From the human T2T-CHM13v2.0 reference genome, Homo sapiens: a DNA stretch of 64,000 bases. Each line of letters starts with the position of its first letter. Position 1 is the first letter of the stretch. A model generated the notes under the pieces. That model saw only the letters and a list, made by a program, of their open reading frames with translations, had not been told where the DNA came from and searched no databases. The stretch lies in the NCBI RefSeq assembly GCF_009914755.1, contig NC_060931.1; one strand, written 5' to 3'. Made by a program: the position numbers and the translations under genes. This document shows positions 1-14,649 of the stretch, piece by piece.

Positions 1-232
1 TGGAAATCTGGACTCTGGTTTTATTCTACTAGTTAGTTTTGAGAGTCTTACTGCTGCTTCTTTAACAACCAATCGTTGCTTATTTTATCTTCAACAGAAG
101 AGGTCACATTTTGTTGGTTCACATTGTTTTGATCAGGTTCTCAAAGATCTACTGAATGTGTACCTCCATATACAATTAAGGTTATGTTCTGCTGCTTGTT
201 TTATGTTTTGCTATTAGTTGCACAGGCTTTAA

Positions 233-557
<325 letters not shown>

Positions 558-574
558 CACTTCCTCTTTTTAAT

Positions 575-735
575 AACTTGTAACCTGGAGCAAATTCCTC
601 AGTCTTTCGAAGTCACATTTTCCTTTTCATCTGTTCACTGGGTTCACAATAACTTCATCATAAGATTGTTACTAATTTTAATGAGACACTTCATATAAAG
701 TGGTCAGTAGTCAATAAGTGATGACTATTATTGTT
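575..735 (+). mobile_element. MIR fragment
   Basis: Degenerate MIR core (cagtc...ttttcatctg...aataac...cataagattgtt...aatgaga). Confidence 0.55.
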
Positions 736-884
736 AATAAGTAAGAGATATAAACTTTATTCTTAATTACATTGAAATCCAATTTGGGAAGTAAGAACTA
801 TATATTGAACTTATTTAAGAAATAGTAATAGTTACCAATTATTACATATTAAATATGTAAATATAGTAAATATTTAAGTAGTAA

Positions 885-1048
885 TATTTAATAATGTATG
901 CTAGATATTGGGATAGCATTACACAAGCATCTCATTTAATTTAATTCTAATAATAAACCTATAAGAAGACATTATTTATCCTCATTTCTTTGGACAATGA
1001 AACTGAAGCTGGAAGAAAGTAAATTCCTTGTTCAAGATTTCTTAGTAA
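885..1048 (-). mobile_element. MIR fragment, interrupted by the MER61 LTR
   Basis: Antisense MIR core (atctcatttaat...tatcctcattt...aatgaaactgaagct...ttgttcaag). Confidence 0.6.
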
Positions 1049-1357
1049 TGAGACAGCCAGGTGGGAGGGGGTCCCTGGGGAAACTCTAACCACCCTGCCC
1101 ACTGAGGTGGAGCCTCAGGTTTGCAGCAGGGAGGAGGCTGGCGCCTCCTCTTCCTGCGTGGAACCTGGGATTCAAGCTGTGGTGGGTAAGCACTCTAGCA
1201 GGGACTTTGGCCTACTGAGACTCCCTGTTTCTCCTTTTCTTCCGTTTCACCCAATCAAACCCTGTCTTACCATTCAAATTGTCTGCGAGCCAAAATTTTC
1301 ATGGACGTGGGGCAAAGAACCCCGTCTTTAGCTGAACTAAGGAAAAGTCCTGAAACA
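1049..1357 (+). mobile_element. ERV1 5' LTR, MER61 family (MER61A-like)
   Basis: TG...CA termini (tgagacagccaggtgggagggggtcc ... gctgaactaaggaaaagtcctgaaaca) match the recalled MER61 consensus; a PBS follows immediately. Confidence 0.85.
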
Positions 1358-1361
1358 TTTT

Positions 1362-1379
1362 TGGCGCACAACATGGGGG
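1362..1379 (+). other. Retroviral primer-binding site, tRNA-Lys(CUU) type
   Basis: tggcgcacaacatggggg matches TGGCGCCCAACGTGGGGC (complement of the tRNA-Lys-CTT 3' end) at 15/18 and starts 4 nt after the LTR end. Confidence 0.85.
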
Positions 1380-1808
1380 CTGGAGAAGCGGTGAGTGAAA
1401 TGGGGACTCAAAACTTCTCGCTGTTGCTTCTAAGTCTTTTCATCCTCGGACTTCAGAGGGTGGGGGAAACCATGCCCCCAACCCCCGTAGCTCCCGGGCC
1501 TTTTCATGGCCTTTTCCTTCCTTTTTGGAGACCCACCGGTGAGCAGCGGCTCCCACCGTTCCCCACTCGCTGCTGGGGCTGGGACGCATGACCCCAAGGG
1601 TCCTGCACAGGTGGCTGGCTGGTTCCCAGCTACTGGAGGCTGCCCCAGCCTTTCCCTTCCATGGCCAAGGGGTTTAACTCTATCGGACAGTAAGCTTAAA
1701 CTTATCTTCCTGGTGGAGGAACCACTTGCATAACAATAAGAGGTTCTTCCCCATGCACTTTTAAACTGTTTCTTTTCTTTCCCCTTCTGTACCCTGTCAG
1801 CAAGTTAA

Positions 1809-2143
<335 letters not shown>

Positions 2144-3916
2144 TAGAAGCTGTTTTACTAGGGCAGGACCCCCTCACCCCCGACCCAACTAGCACTGTTT
2201 ATATTTTCTGCAAAGTTGTGGTTGTGAAATCAAGCCTCCATCTTATTTTACACCCTGAGGGCATGGCTTGTAACTCCGGTGGCAAGGCTTTGTTTAGCAA
2301 TCCTGCTTGAGGGGATGAGCCCTCTCAGGTTCAATATCTGCATGTTTTCCTAGCCCTGTCTCTTAAAGGGCCCCACCCAGTGACTGGGTTTTCTTCTGCC
2401 TGAATGTGTGTGCACTGTGTGCGATGTCTCTAAAAAGAGCTTTAAATAATTTGGCCAGAAGAAAAGCGCTGGGATCAAGTATTTTGTTAAGGGAAGTTAA
2501 AAGCTATGGTACCTTTCATTTCACGTGACTGTGACTTCAATCTTTGAGAAATAAAAACAGCCCTAAAGACTTGGTAAAATGCAGGTCAGATGCTAGGTTG
2601 GCTAACTGTTTTGAGGCTACAAACTGCTTTTTAGGTTTTGAGAACTATTTGACTTTCTGGCTTCACTATTGGTAAGGCCCCGGGGCATATGAACTAAAAC
2701 ACACCCTTAACTAAGAAGGTAAACCTTGGCTCCACTTAGCACACAATTAAAGCAATTTACCAAGTTTTACCTTAAAATTAAAACTTGCGGAAATTACTAT
2801 TACAACTCCTAGTTATAATTGAAACTACTGAAAATAGATTTACATGCAAGGGGTATAAGAACAGTAAAATGTGTTTTATAGTAAAAGGTTATAAGGAGAC
2901 ATGGAAATGTAAACTTTGGCCTAGGGTTAAAGGATTGTTTTGAGTTAGACAGGAAAAGCTGAAGGTTCAAAGAAGTGGTAGAAGAATTGTGGAAATTAAT
3001 CTTGCAGAAGAGCTTCTTTGTGTGGACATATTGACTAAATTCGAAGGGGATTTAAAAGATTTTTGCTTCTTTAAAATTTCTGAGTAATTGTTTTGGCAAA
3101 ATAAATAACATGGTAATCTGGAATTCAGTTTCATAATATCAAGTGTTTTAAACCTCGAACATATTTGACAGCCTTCCCAAAATCAAACTGAAGTTTCAAA
3201 ATTGTCTTCCCTGGCACCTGGCTTTTCGCATACTTCAGAGAGCCCGTGAAGTGTCCAGAAAAGAGAGGTAAACAGGATTGACGTGTTTAGATACATGAGA
3301 TTGCCAAAATGATGTTCAATCTTCTTTAGGTATATTTTTGTGAATAATGCTAATATATGTTCCAAAATTGTACGGGATTTATAAAATTCTAATGGCTAAG
3401 TATATGCCATCAATAATAATTAGGGTTGTTAAGTTATTGTAGACCACAGAGATAACCAAACTTCTTTGTCAGTTGTGTTTCTAACTGTAACTACCCTGGA
3501 CATTATGCTATTCACAGACAATTGTCGTCTTGTTTTAATCCTTTTCAAAGACGGTTTATAATGAGCTATAGAACTTTTAACAGGTGCTCTCAAATACAGG
3601 CTTCTGATAACTTTAGAGACTGTAACATTGGAATAAAGGAAAATGTATAGGACATAAAGAGCTGAAATGCTCATGAATATCAAGCAAAACAAGAATTAAC
3701 TAATGGACTGACCTCAGAAAGCTGAAGCAACATTTCTGACTTGCTTAGAATATAGCTGATCCATGTTTTGTTTTTCAGAGTCAAGGAAACGGATTTTGAA
3801 CTGATTACAGCCTTAATAATTAAGTAAGGTATATACTAATGTGATCAAAATTTGGAGCACGTTTGTTCTGTCTGCCTCATTCTTCTAGAATTTGGAAAAT
3901 ATCTGTGAGTATTCTT

Positions 3917-4205
3917 TTTATTTTTTTTTGAGACGGAGTCTTGCTCTGTCGCCCAGGCTGGAGTACAGTGGCGCTATCTCTGCTCACTGTAGCTTCTGCC
4001 TCCTGGGTTCCAGTGCTTCTCCTGCCTCAGCCTCCTGGGTAGCTGGGATTACAAGCGCACGCCACCATGCCCAGCTAATTTTTGTATTTTTAGTAGAGAC
4101 AGGGTTTTGCTATGTTGACCAGGTTGGTCTCAAACTCCTGACCTCAGGTGATCTGGCCACCTCCCAAAGTGCTGGGATTACAGGCGTGAGCCACCACCCC
4201 TGGCC
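3917..4205 (-). mobile_element. Alu (AluSx-like)
   Basis: Antisense dimer; 15-bp TSD tctgtgagtattctt (3902-3916) / tctgtgaatattctt (4206-4220). Confidence 0.97.
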
Positions 4206-6166
4206 TCTGTGAATATTCTTATTCTTATGGCAATATAGTTGTTTGCATCAGTGCGGTAAGAATCCATTTTTGTTTTGCAACAGGACACATTGGAGAAAGT
4301 GGTTATTTTACCAAGGCTTTGACTGGAAGGGTATGCTTCCCTTTAAGGAGTCAAGCTCGACTCATAGAGCCAATAAAACCTCATAGGACTGAGTTGTTTA
4401 AATAGACTTTATTTAACTAGACTAAAGTTAATGGGGAAACTGGCCTCATACCCTTTCCTACACAGTCCTGAACAGGGTTCCTGACTGTGGTCAGTAAAGA
4501 CTGTCACTTTCTTACAGGTGCAGGAGCTCCAGGTTTATCTTGGGGCCTTAGGAGGAGAGGATCACCCAACTTGCTGGTATTTGAGGATGCAAACCCTTGG
4601 CTGGGCTGAGCTTTAAAAGGTCTTATCAGTGATTCCTTGTGGAACACATGTCCATCAAAGCCAATCCAAAAGGCTTATGTAGAAATAATTATTCTTGCTA
4701 TACTTTATGCAAGTAATGAGGTCAAGTATAAGACTAAAGTCTATTAAACAACTCAGTCCTAGGATCATTTGTTTCTTAACGAAATAGAGGACTAGAGAGA
4801 GAGAAATTATGTTTAAAAACTTATATAGTTGTCATTAAATTCTAAACCCACTAGTTGTTTTTAAGTTTTTGCCTGCATTTTAGACTAACCCTGCTTGTTC
4901 CTGTGAACCTACCGAGAATCTCTGGCTGCAGCTCAGAAAGAACAAAAGGGATGGATAATGTAGAAATCTGGATTAATATTTTAGTTCTGAGCAGTTATCC
5001 TGCAAAGTCTGCCATATGATGGAATAAACAGGGAATAAATGGGATGCCCATCATGCAAAGGTTTCCTTTTTGGGAAAGTAAGACCAAGGGAACTAACCAA
5101 AGCCAAGCACCATACACCCAAATCCTAGCAAGCATAACTGTAGCTACCAGTTACCTGGTGTGTCACAAGACATCCTTTCTTCTCCCTTTTTGGAGGAGGA
5201 CTCAGTTCCACAGTTTCACCTTAGCATTTGGTTTATAAGGAGTTAGCATTTAGCTTATAAGGAGTTAATGCAACCCCCACCCAGAGACATATTTTTGTCC
5301 CAGAGGTCAATTCCAGGCTTCTGGTCAAAGCCCTAGAAAGAAAACTGGATCCTAGAAATCCACAGGAAGATGGCAACAGAGGTTAAAAGGCACAGCACAG
5401 GTGAGCGTGGTTGAAAGAATGTCGAAAAAATAATTGACCACTGTTGGTTTAGAAAACCCTCCTCCTTAGAGGAGTATTTGCAAAGGAACTTTTGGAGAAG
5501 TAGTTATTCCAGAATGTGGGGAAAGATTCTTCCATTTTGGTGTGTACTTTGTTAACAATTAGACATTTTATCCTAAATATATTAACTTAGAGATTCCATT
5601 TACAAAAGAAATCACATGTTTTTGGATCTGATAATAAAGGAAAAATCGACTTGATCATGCTAATAATGACCAAAGTATCTGGCAATTACAACTTTTTGTT
5701 TATTATGTACAATATTATCACATATGTGAAAGTCTTAGGAATTATTCAGTTCAACTAGAAAAAATTATGAGGCAAATGAAGAATATAGTCATTTAATGTT
5801 AATTATAAATATTAAATGTGGTATTAAACAGGAAGTATTGGGGAAAGTTTTGATTCTCCTGTGCCAATCCTTCTTTCTCCCATTAAGTGTATGTATCCCC
5901 TAGTGCATAGTACTGGGCTTCTCTATTAACTCCCATACTTATATCCCTGAGGAAGTCATCTGTACATACGGTTTACATTTTGTCAATATCCACGAAATCA
6001 TTTGTTGAGATTTGTATTAGGATTGTGTTGAATGTGTAGATTAAGCTGGGAAGAACTGATATCTTGACAATATTGAGTCTTCCTATCTATGAACATGAAG
6101 TATCTCTTTATTTCTTTTTTGATATCTTTTATCAGTGTTTTATAGTTTTCCTCATAGATGTTGAAC

Positions 6167-6470
6167 TTTTTTTTTTTTTTTTTTTTTTGAGACGGAGTCT
6201 CGCTCTCTCTCCCAGTCTGGAGTGCAGCAGCGCGATCTTGGCTCACTTGCAAGCTCCACCTCCCGGGTTCACGCCATTCTCCTGCCTCAGCCTCCAGAGT
6301 AGCTGGGACTACAGGCGCACGCCACCACGCCCAGCTAATTTTTTGTATTTTTAGTAGAGACGGGGTTTCACCGTGTTAGCCAGGGTGGTCTCAATCTCCT
6401 GACCTCGTGATCCACCCACCTCGGCCTCCCAAAGTGCTGGGATTACAGGCGTGAGCCGCTGTGCCTGGCC
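6167..6470 (-). mobile_element. AluY
   Basis: AluY diagnostics gcaagctcc, ttcacgccattc, gtgttagccagg, cctcgtgatcc. Confidence 0.95.
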
Positions 6471-7408
6471 GTTTTTTTATATTTATACCTTAATATTTCA
6501 TTTTTTAGCTGCTAAAGTAAATGGTAATGTATATTTAATTTTAAAGTTCACTTTTTCATTGCTGGTATATAGGAATGTGATTGACTTTTGTATATTAACT
6601 TTGTTTCTTGCAACCTTCTATCATTGTTTATTAACTCCAGGAGGGTTTTTTTTGGTCAGTTATCTCAGGTTTCCTAAGTAATCATATCATCTGCAAAAAC
6701 AGCATTATTTCTTCCTCCTCGATATGTAATGCTTTTTCTCAGTGGTTTATCTATAATTTGCAATATACGTTGAAAACTAATCAAAGTTAACTTTCAAATA
6801 ACACTATACTGCTTCACAGATAGTGGAAGTATCTTATAACAAAACATTCCTAATTCTTCCCTGTCATCCTGTGTATCATTGCTGTCATTCCTTTCACTAT
6901 ACATAAGAAGATACAAGTATTTATATCTATATGCATACATAATCTAATACATTGTGGCAAATATTTTGAATCAAGTGTTATCTGTTGAATCAATAATGAG
7001 AAAAATATAAATTTTAATTTGACCCTTATTACTTCTCTAATGTTCTTCCTTTCTTTCTGTAAATCCACATTTCTGATCTATGTCAGTCTCCCTTTCTCTG
7101 AAGAAATTTCTTTTAACATTTCTTTCTGGGCAAGTTACTGGCAACAAATTCCCTCAATTTTTGTTTGCCTGAGAAAGTCTGTTTCTCCTTTGCTTTTTAA
7201 TGATAATTTTTCAAAGTACAGAATACATAAGGTTATTTTCTTTCATCATTTCAAATCAGTCTACTCTCTTATTGTTGGCATGGTTTCTGAGAAGATGTAA
7301 TTCTTATCTTTCCTACTTGATAAATAAGTTGATTTTTTTTGTCTTTGATGGTCTATAGTTTCAGAATGATATGCCTAGGTGCAGTTTTCTTGTCTTTCTC
7401 TCTCTTTC

Positions 7409-7450
7409 TTTCCTTCCCTTCCTTCCCTCCCTTCCTTCCTTCCTTCCCTT
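7409..7450. repeat. (CCTT)n low-complexity repeat
   Basis: tttccttcccttccttccctcccttccttccttccttccctt. Confidence 0.85.
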
Positions 7451-7760
7451 AGCCTGCTTGGTGTTCTCTGAGATTTGTGTATTTGTAGTTTGCTGTTTGA
7501 CCTTAATTTGGGGGACATTCTCACTCATTATTGTTTCACGTATATATTCTGTTCATTTATATGTTTCTACTTCTGCTTGTATTTTCATTACACGTATGTT
7601 ACACCTTTTGTAGTTGTCCCACAGTTCTTAGATATTCTGTTCATTTTTTTTTCAGACATTTTCCTTTTGGCTTTTCAGTTTTGGAGGTTTTTTCTTCAGA
7701 GCTCCTCAAGCCTAGAGATCTTTTCCCAGCTGTGTGCAGTCTGTAAATAAGCCCATCAAA

Positions 7761-8016
7761 GGCCAGGTGTGGTGGCTCTCGCCTGTAATCCCAGCACTTT
7801 GGGAGGCCAAGGCAGGCGGATCACGAGGTCAGGAAATCCAGACAATCCTGGCTAACACAATGACACCCTGCCTGTAATCCCAGCTACTCGGGAGGCTGAG
7901 GCAGGAGAATCGCTTGAACCGGGAGGCAGAGGTTGCAGTGAGCCAAGATCATGCCACTGCACTCCAGCCTGGGCGACAGAGTGAGACTCCGTCTCAAAAT
8001 AAATAAGCAAGCAAGC
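7761..8016 (+). mobile_element. Alu (AluSc-like) with internal deletion of the A-rich linker
   Basis: Left arm joins directly to gcctgtaatcccagctac at about 7870; TSD aagcccatcaaa (7749-7760) / aagccaatcaaa (8017-8028). Confidence 0.95.
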
Positions 8017-8209
8017 AAGCCAATCAAAGGTATTCTCTATTTCTCTTATAGTATTTTTAATCTCTATAAAAGAGATTATAGAGATTATAATTCTTTTTTA
8101 TTCTTTCTTAGAATGTCCATCTCTTTGCTTACATTATTCATCAGTTCTTGCTTATTGTCTGCTTACTTTTTCTATTAAATCCCTTAGCATATTAATTATA
8201 GTTGTTTTA

Positions 8210-8499
8210 GGTCAGGCACATTGGCTCACATCTGTAAGCTCAGCATTTTGGGAAGCTGAGGCGGATGGATCACTCAAGCCCAGGAGTTCAAAATTAGTCT
8301 AGGAAACAGAGTGAGACCCTGTCTCTACTAAAATTTTAAAAATTTGGGTTTGGTGATGTGTACCTGTGGTCCCAGCTACATGGGGAGCTAAGACAAGGGG
8401 ATCCTTTCAGTCCAGGAGATAAAAGCTGCAATGATCCTTAGTCATGCCTCTACATTCCAGCCTAGATGACAGAGTAAGCCCCTGTCTCAAAAAAATATA
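8210..8499 (+). mobile_element. AluJ
   Basis: Diverged dimer with AluJ diagnostic gcccaggagttc; 13-bp TSD tatagttgtttta. Confidence 0.93.
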
Positions 8500-9409
8500 T
8501 ATAGTTGTTTTAAATTCCCAGTCTGATAATTCCAATTTCTCCTACTGTATCTGACTCTGATTCTGATGCTTGTTCAGTCTCTTCAAACTGTGATTGGCTT
8601 TTTAGCATGCTTTGTAATATTTTGTTGAATGGCGAACAGGATGTAGTGAGTAAAAGGAACTGCAATACACAGGCCTTTAGTACTGTGGTGGTAATGTGTT
8701 GGGGCAGGGCAAGTGTTCTATAGTCCTATGATTATGTCGTAGTCTTTTGATAAACCTGTGAAGCTGGAATATGAACGTCACTGGGGCATCTCAGTACCCT
8801 GACCCTAGATGGGACAGGATGGCTGGAGGGGGTTGGAGTTGGGTTTTTTCCTAACTTACCTAAGGTAGGTTAGGCTCCAGTAAAATAGTTTCTCCTAAGA
8901 GATGACCTTTTTTTTTTTTTGAAGAACAGAGTGCTCTGGTGTATTTCAAAATGGTTTCTTTTCCTGTATCCCTGCTAGAAGCAAAAGGTATTTTCTCCAG
9001 TTTTCACTGTGAGGACTTGGTAGAGCTCCTGGAGGTAAATCTCACAAGAGTGTGAGGTTCTCCATGTCTAGGTTTCCCTGGAATTGAATTTTTAACTCTC
9101 AAGAGTTGTTCCCTCTGAGCCTCCAGCAGTTCATCACAGTGCAGGCTTTTCTACCCTGGAACAAATTTCCACGGAGGTTCCTGTTGATGGGTTTCTGCCC
9201 TACTAAGTTGTGAGTCTCTGTATCTGCCTGTCTGTGTCTCCAATTTTGGGGTCAGTCATTTGCCCTGTGGTCTCACTTCTCTCATGGGTCTAAGAAGAGC
9301 TATTGATGTTTCAGGTCACCTTTTTACTTGTAGTGGAGCAGCCGCTTCCAAGCTCCTTACATGCCAGACTGGCCACGATTAATTTTAAGACTCTTTTCTC
9401 AATTGCTCC

Positions 9410-9600
9410 CTCACTAGTAGAAGTGGAATTTGCTTTCAAATCAGACAGAATTGATATCAGGTCCTACTACTTTTGCTAGCATGTTCTTAAATAAGTTAAT
9501 TGACTTTTTGAGGCTTCAACATCCTCATTTTAAAATGAAGGATAACAATACTCACCTGAGAATTATTTCTGGGCTGTAACAGACTTTCAATATTATCATT
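9410..9600 (+). mobile_element. MIR fragment
   Basis: tcagacagaattg...taagttaattgac...catcctcattttaaaatgaaggataacaatac. Confidence 0.65.
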
Positions 9601-11132
9601 TAGTGTTAATTCAACTAACGGTTTGGCCCAATGTAAATACATTTTCTTGCTTATCCCATGCCCTTCGCTCTACGCTGAAAAAAAAAAAATTCAAATCACT
9701 GTATAATTTTTTTTCTTGCACTGGTATAGGAATGCCTAAAATTTTTATTTTGTAAAAATAGTACTCTATAACCATCATAGTCTTGCTTAATTTTTACAGT
9801 GTAAAAGAAAACCAAACAAAACACCCTGCTCTCAATATATGCTTATAGGAATTACATGTTTAGGTAATGATGGCTTTGTAAGTCAATTTATATTATAATC
9901 AGGAAAAGAATGAAAAGTTTGGATGTCTAACTTCAAAGCTCACTCCTTTGTAGTTTAATAAAGATGATATCATATCTTCAGAATGTTAAATGGAACAATT
10001 CTATTGAGGCCTAGGTTAGTTTCTGATTGTACTCAGGGTCTATCAATTTTGAAGCTGATTTTTTTTTGTCATCTAATTGACATGTCTCAGGATGGTATTT
10101 AAGGAATGCCTGAAAGCAATGCATAAATAAATCTGCCAGATTCTCAGTTCTGAAAGACCTTTTGTAATAAGGCAAGCCATATTATTTTTTTACAGTACGT
10201 AATTTGCCTGTTATGTTTCAAAATTAGAGAGCTTAAATTTTATGAATCTCTTGATACTCTTATTATGTCAGCTGAAACAAAAATCCTTTCACACAAAGGT
10301 AGTAATAAAAAGATGCTGTTCAATTATAATCATTTCTGCCAATGGTCAAATGACAATTACTAGAAAGGAAAATAATTTAACAAAGTAAAATGATATGGAC
10401 AAGAACAAGAGGGGATTTAATTCTTGCTGTAAACTATCCAAAACCTTTCATTGTTTTTTCCTTTGCAAATGCTATTGCTTGCACTCATTCCTATATAGGA
10501 ATTCCATGTTTTCTAAAAAAAAAAAAACCTTCAAAAAGGAGTTTATTTGTTCATGAGTTATGTCATTAATATGGACCAGGCACTGTGTAAGGCACCACAC
10601 TTATGTAAGTGAAGAAATCAAACATGGTAATCTTCAAGATGTGCCAGGTTAGAGTCAATAGAAGACAGAGAAAACACCCAATGTAAAGAGCTTAAATTTT
10701 GATTATGCAGAAAAATAACGTGTGATATTTTAGCACCTTCTTTTAAGATTAAAAATAATATTACATATTAAAACATATCCAGATAATAAGTAAGTAGTAT
10801 GTTTTATATTTCCCTGCCTTGGCCTCCCATTTTCTCATTCTCTCTCAGCTCATCTTCTGTCTGTACTTCTAGATCTCATTCGCCCATTCATTTATCCACA
10901 GATAACATATTTTTACTAAATTTTAAGGAGGTGACAGTAATTTTTATAATAAGTGCAGATCTTAATAGAAAAGAACACTAACATCTACCAGATTATAACC
11001 TCAGTTTAGAGGCTACGCCCTCAGTATATAAAACTTGTGTGCATTTAATAATTAGGATTCATGATCCTTTTGAGTTAGGACTCCAAATTTCTAATTGCTG
11101 GGATGTGCATGTTTAACATTGTCTGGTATTTC

Positions 11133-11468
<336 letters not shown>

Positions 11469-12083
11469 CATTGTCTGGTATTTCAATGGCTTTGTTGCAT
11501 TATGCTACTTTGTAAAGTGTCAGCTGGGCTATGCTGAAGTATACTTTCCCAGAACACCACTTTCTGTATATACCTGGTTAACATAGGTCACACGAGTTGA
11601 AGTTGTCGCTTTCCCTCTCGCCAATCTCCAGACTGCCATCTGAGGCCTTCCTTGACTATCCAGTCTTCAGCCAACAACTTGAGTAGATCCCTAGCAAACA
11701 ACAGAGGCAGCTTAGACAACCCACAGTATTATGAGTGAAGAAAGTGTTTTTGATTTAAGTCACTAAGTTTGAAGTAGTTTTTTATGCAGATGTATATAAT
11801 AAAGGGGAGAGGAAAAGCCATAAATTGGAATAAGACTAGTTGTAATTATTCTGGCAAAAATAGATTAAATCCTTTAGGTCCAGTGTATAAAAATTTTATT
11901 TTGCAGGCCAAAATGTAGAGTACTAGATGAAATTTCAAGTGTGATGAAAGTAATTAGTTGAAGGAAATATGGTGGAAAATAGTGTTCTTATAATGTTTCT
12001 AAGTTGGCTTGAATATGATGTACTTCAAACTGAAATTTTATTTCAGAGGTGAAGAGTCATACAAACACTATTCTAAAATTTTA

Positions 12084-12414
<331 letters not shown>

Positions 12415-12415
12415 T

Positions 12416-12642
12416 TATACATGGAGGATTGGTTCCTCAACCCCCTCATGTATACCAAAATCCACACATACTCAGGCTCTGCAGTCAGCTCTGCATAGCA
12501 CATGAATAGGAAAGGTCAGCCCTCCATGTAGGTAGGCTATATCCTTCAAATGTTGTATTCTCATGTATAACGTTTGGTTGAAAAAAAATCTGTATAAGTG
12601 GACACATGCAGTGCAAACCCCTGTTGTTCAAGGGTCAACTGT
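12416..12642 (+). mobile_element. MER8 (Tc1/mariner-Tigger non-autonomous element)
   Basis: ggattggttcc...tataccaaaatcc...tgttgttcaagggtcaactg followed by ta; matches the recalled MER8 consensus and its 3' TIR. Confidence 0.8.
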
Positions 12643-12899
12643 AATTCAGTTTTGAAGGTCTTTAGATATTTATTCATCATAATAAATACTTATTAAATTA
12701 TTTGTTTTATGTAACATAGAATTGGATAGAATCTATTCAATTGGAATATCTCGTGAAACATTTTATACCACTTAAATGGCATATCCCATAGTTCTTTTGT
12801 GTTGAACGTTTACCTGACTTATATTTCTTTTGATTTTCTTATATTTTTCATTTAAAATCCTTGTTCCATATAGACCTGTGCTTTTCATAGCATGTAACA

Positions 12900-13052
12900 C
12901 TGACCATCTGTATCAGAAACAACTAGAATGTTTGAAATGCAGATGTTTGGATCTACCTTAGAGCTTCTGAAACAGAGGCTAGGGATGTGTTTGGAAATTT
13001 TCTTCCTTAGCAAGTGTTCATACAAATTCTAGAGTTTAAGAATTTTTGCTAT
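12900..13052. mobile_element. MER5-like hAT-Charlie fragment
   Basis: tgtatcagaaacaact...gaaatgcagatg...agagtttaagaa...tgcta. Confidence 0.5.
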
Positions 13053-14649
13053 AGACCTGGCACAGTACTAGGTACTAAAAAAAGTGTTTTTTAAAATGAT
13101 TGATAAATTTAGCTGAAACTCCAATTTTAATATAAAATTTGTCTAAAGAATTTATGTAGCAATAGTTCATGCCAACATTCCCGAATAAATCAATCTCTTA
13201 AAGTTTGTTACATTGAATGGATATTTTTTCAAGTAAATAGTTGAATACAATGGAACAATTATGTTTTTATTTGTATAGCTAACTTTTAAAAAATTACTGG
13301 ATAATTTTCCTCTAACTATTTAGTATAACACTGCATAGATAAAGCGTGGTTTAATATGTAGTTACCATTGCAATACCACAAGTTACCCACCAAGCTGGGT
13401 CTATGATAACTAGGAAACCACCTCTAACTGTCAAGTAAGAATTAAAATGAGGAAAGCAGAAGGTCCTGGCCAAATGAAAAGGATTTTGGAGATTGATATT
13501 GAAGTTCTTAAACTTGTATCTGTATGGCAGATGTGTGTACAGACTCCGTATAAAACGGAAATTCATAATAACTTAAATCTAAGTACTTAGCAATTTTGCA
13601 TAAGCCCATCTCTATTTTTAAAACAAAATGATGAAACAAGTTTTAAGGCAGACGTCATCATTATGTTAATACCTTGAGGGAGGAATTGGAAACAGCAATA
13701 AATAAACTCTGCATAGATGTTAGTTTAAAAATGCAGTGGTAGAAATGATCTAAAGAACATCTGAGGAGCATGATTAAAATGGAGTCTTGTGTGGTCTGGA
13801 AGAAATAAAATGCTCAACAGAGCTTAGCCATTCCTCAAGGGTGAGTCCTTGACTTTATAAATATTTCATTAATTCTGCCCCAACATAGTAGCAAACTATA
13901 GTGTGAACTAAACTCTAAGAATCAAGAATAGAAGAATGTTACTTGTAGCTTAGAGAAACAGCAATACCCCTTCCTACTGTGTCTGTACTCTGCTTTGCAT
14001 ATTCATAGTTGCTTCTGTTATCCACTCAAGAGAGTAAAATTACCAAGGCTTTCCTTTTATATGTATTTGATCCCAATTCAAAAATTAAAAATGAGAAAAA
14101 TTCCTTACACCTTTTCAAATCAACTAAAACAGTATTTTCTAGCAACAAAGACCAGTGACAACCATAATTTCAGGAACAGGTACACAACTGGAAGGAGAGG
14201 AGGCTGAGGTTACCTTTCTGTTGCTTTAAGTATCTATATCCTTACCAAGGAGAAATTCCCAAACGAATCCAAACTAAGCAGATGTCTTTTTTTCTGTTGA
14301 GAATATGTTTCTTAGTCATGAAGCTTCCATTGAGTGTGTGTCATCCAGAGTAGAAACATGTTTTCCAGTCTGGTTTGTAGATTTCTCAGAGCCCCTTTTG
14401 ATCCTTTTAATTTTATTAACTGAAGTGGAAACCTCTTGACATCAGAATTTTTGCAAAGTTTATTCCATATTATAGCTCTTGAAGACCTTTAACTGCCTAG
14501 CAGTTGATCCAGATTGTCACCTAATGAATAAGAAAATCTTCCAAAGTTCCTAGCATTTGAAGCCATTAGTTGCCATAAACTCAGAAACGATTATATTATC
14601 CTTGCAAAAACAAATTGAAACCTTAGGTTTATTCTACTATTTTTCCATT

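Larger units (their letters stand above)
5970..9380 (-). mobile_element. Old L1M (L1MD-like) fragments, interrupted by three Alus
   Basis: ORF 5998..6252 contains ORF2-like [15 protein letters not shown]; T-rich antisense L1 body; 5'-region-like sequence at about 8600-9380. Confidence 0.75.

Noticed and set aside
1049-1357. p53 response element, since some MER61 subfamilies carry one
   Set aside because: I see no RRRCWWGYYY dimer in this copy.
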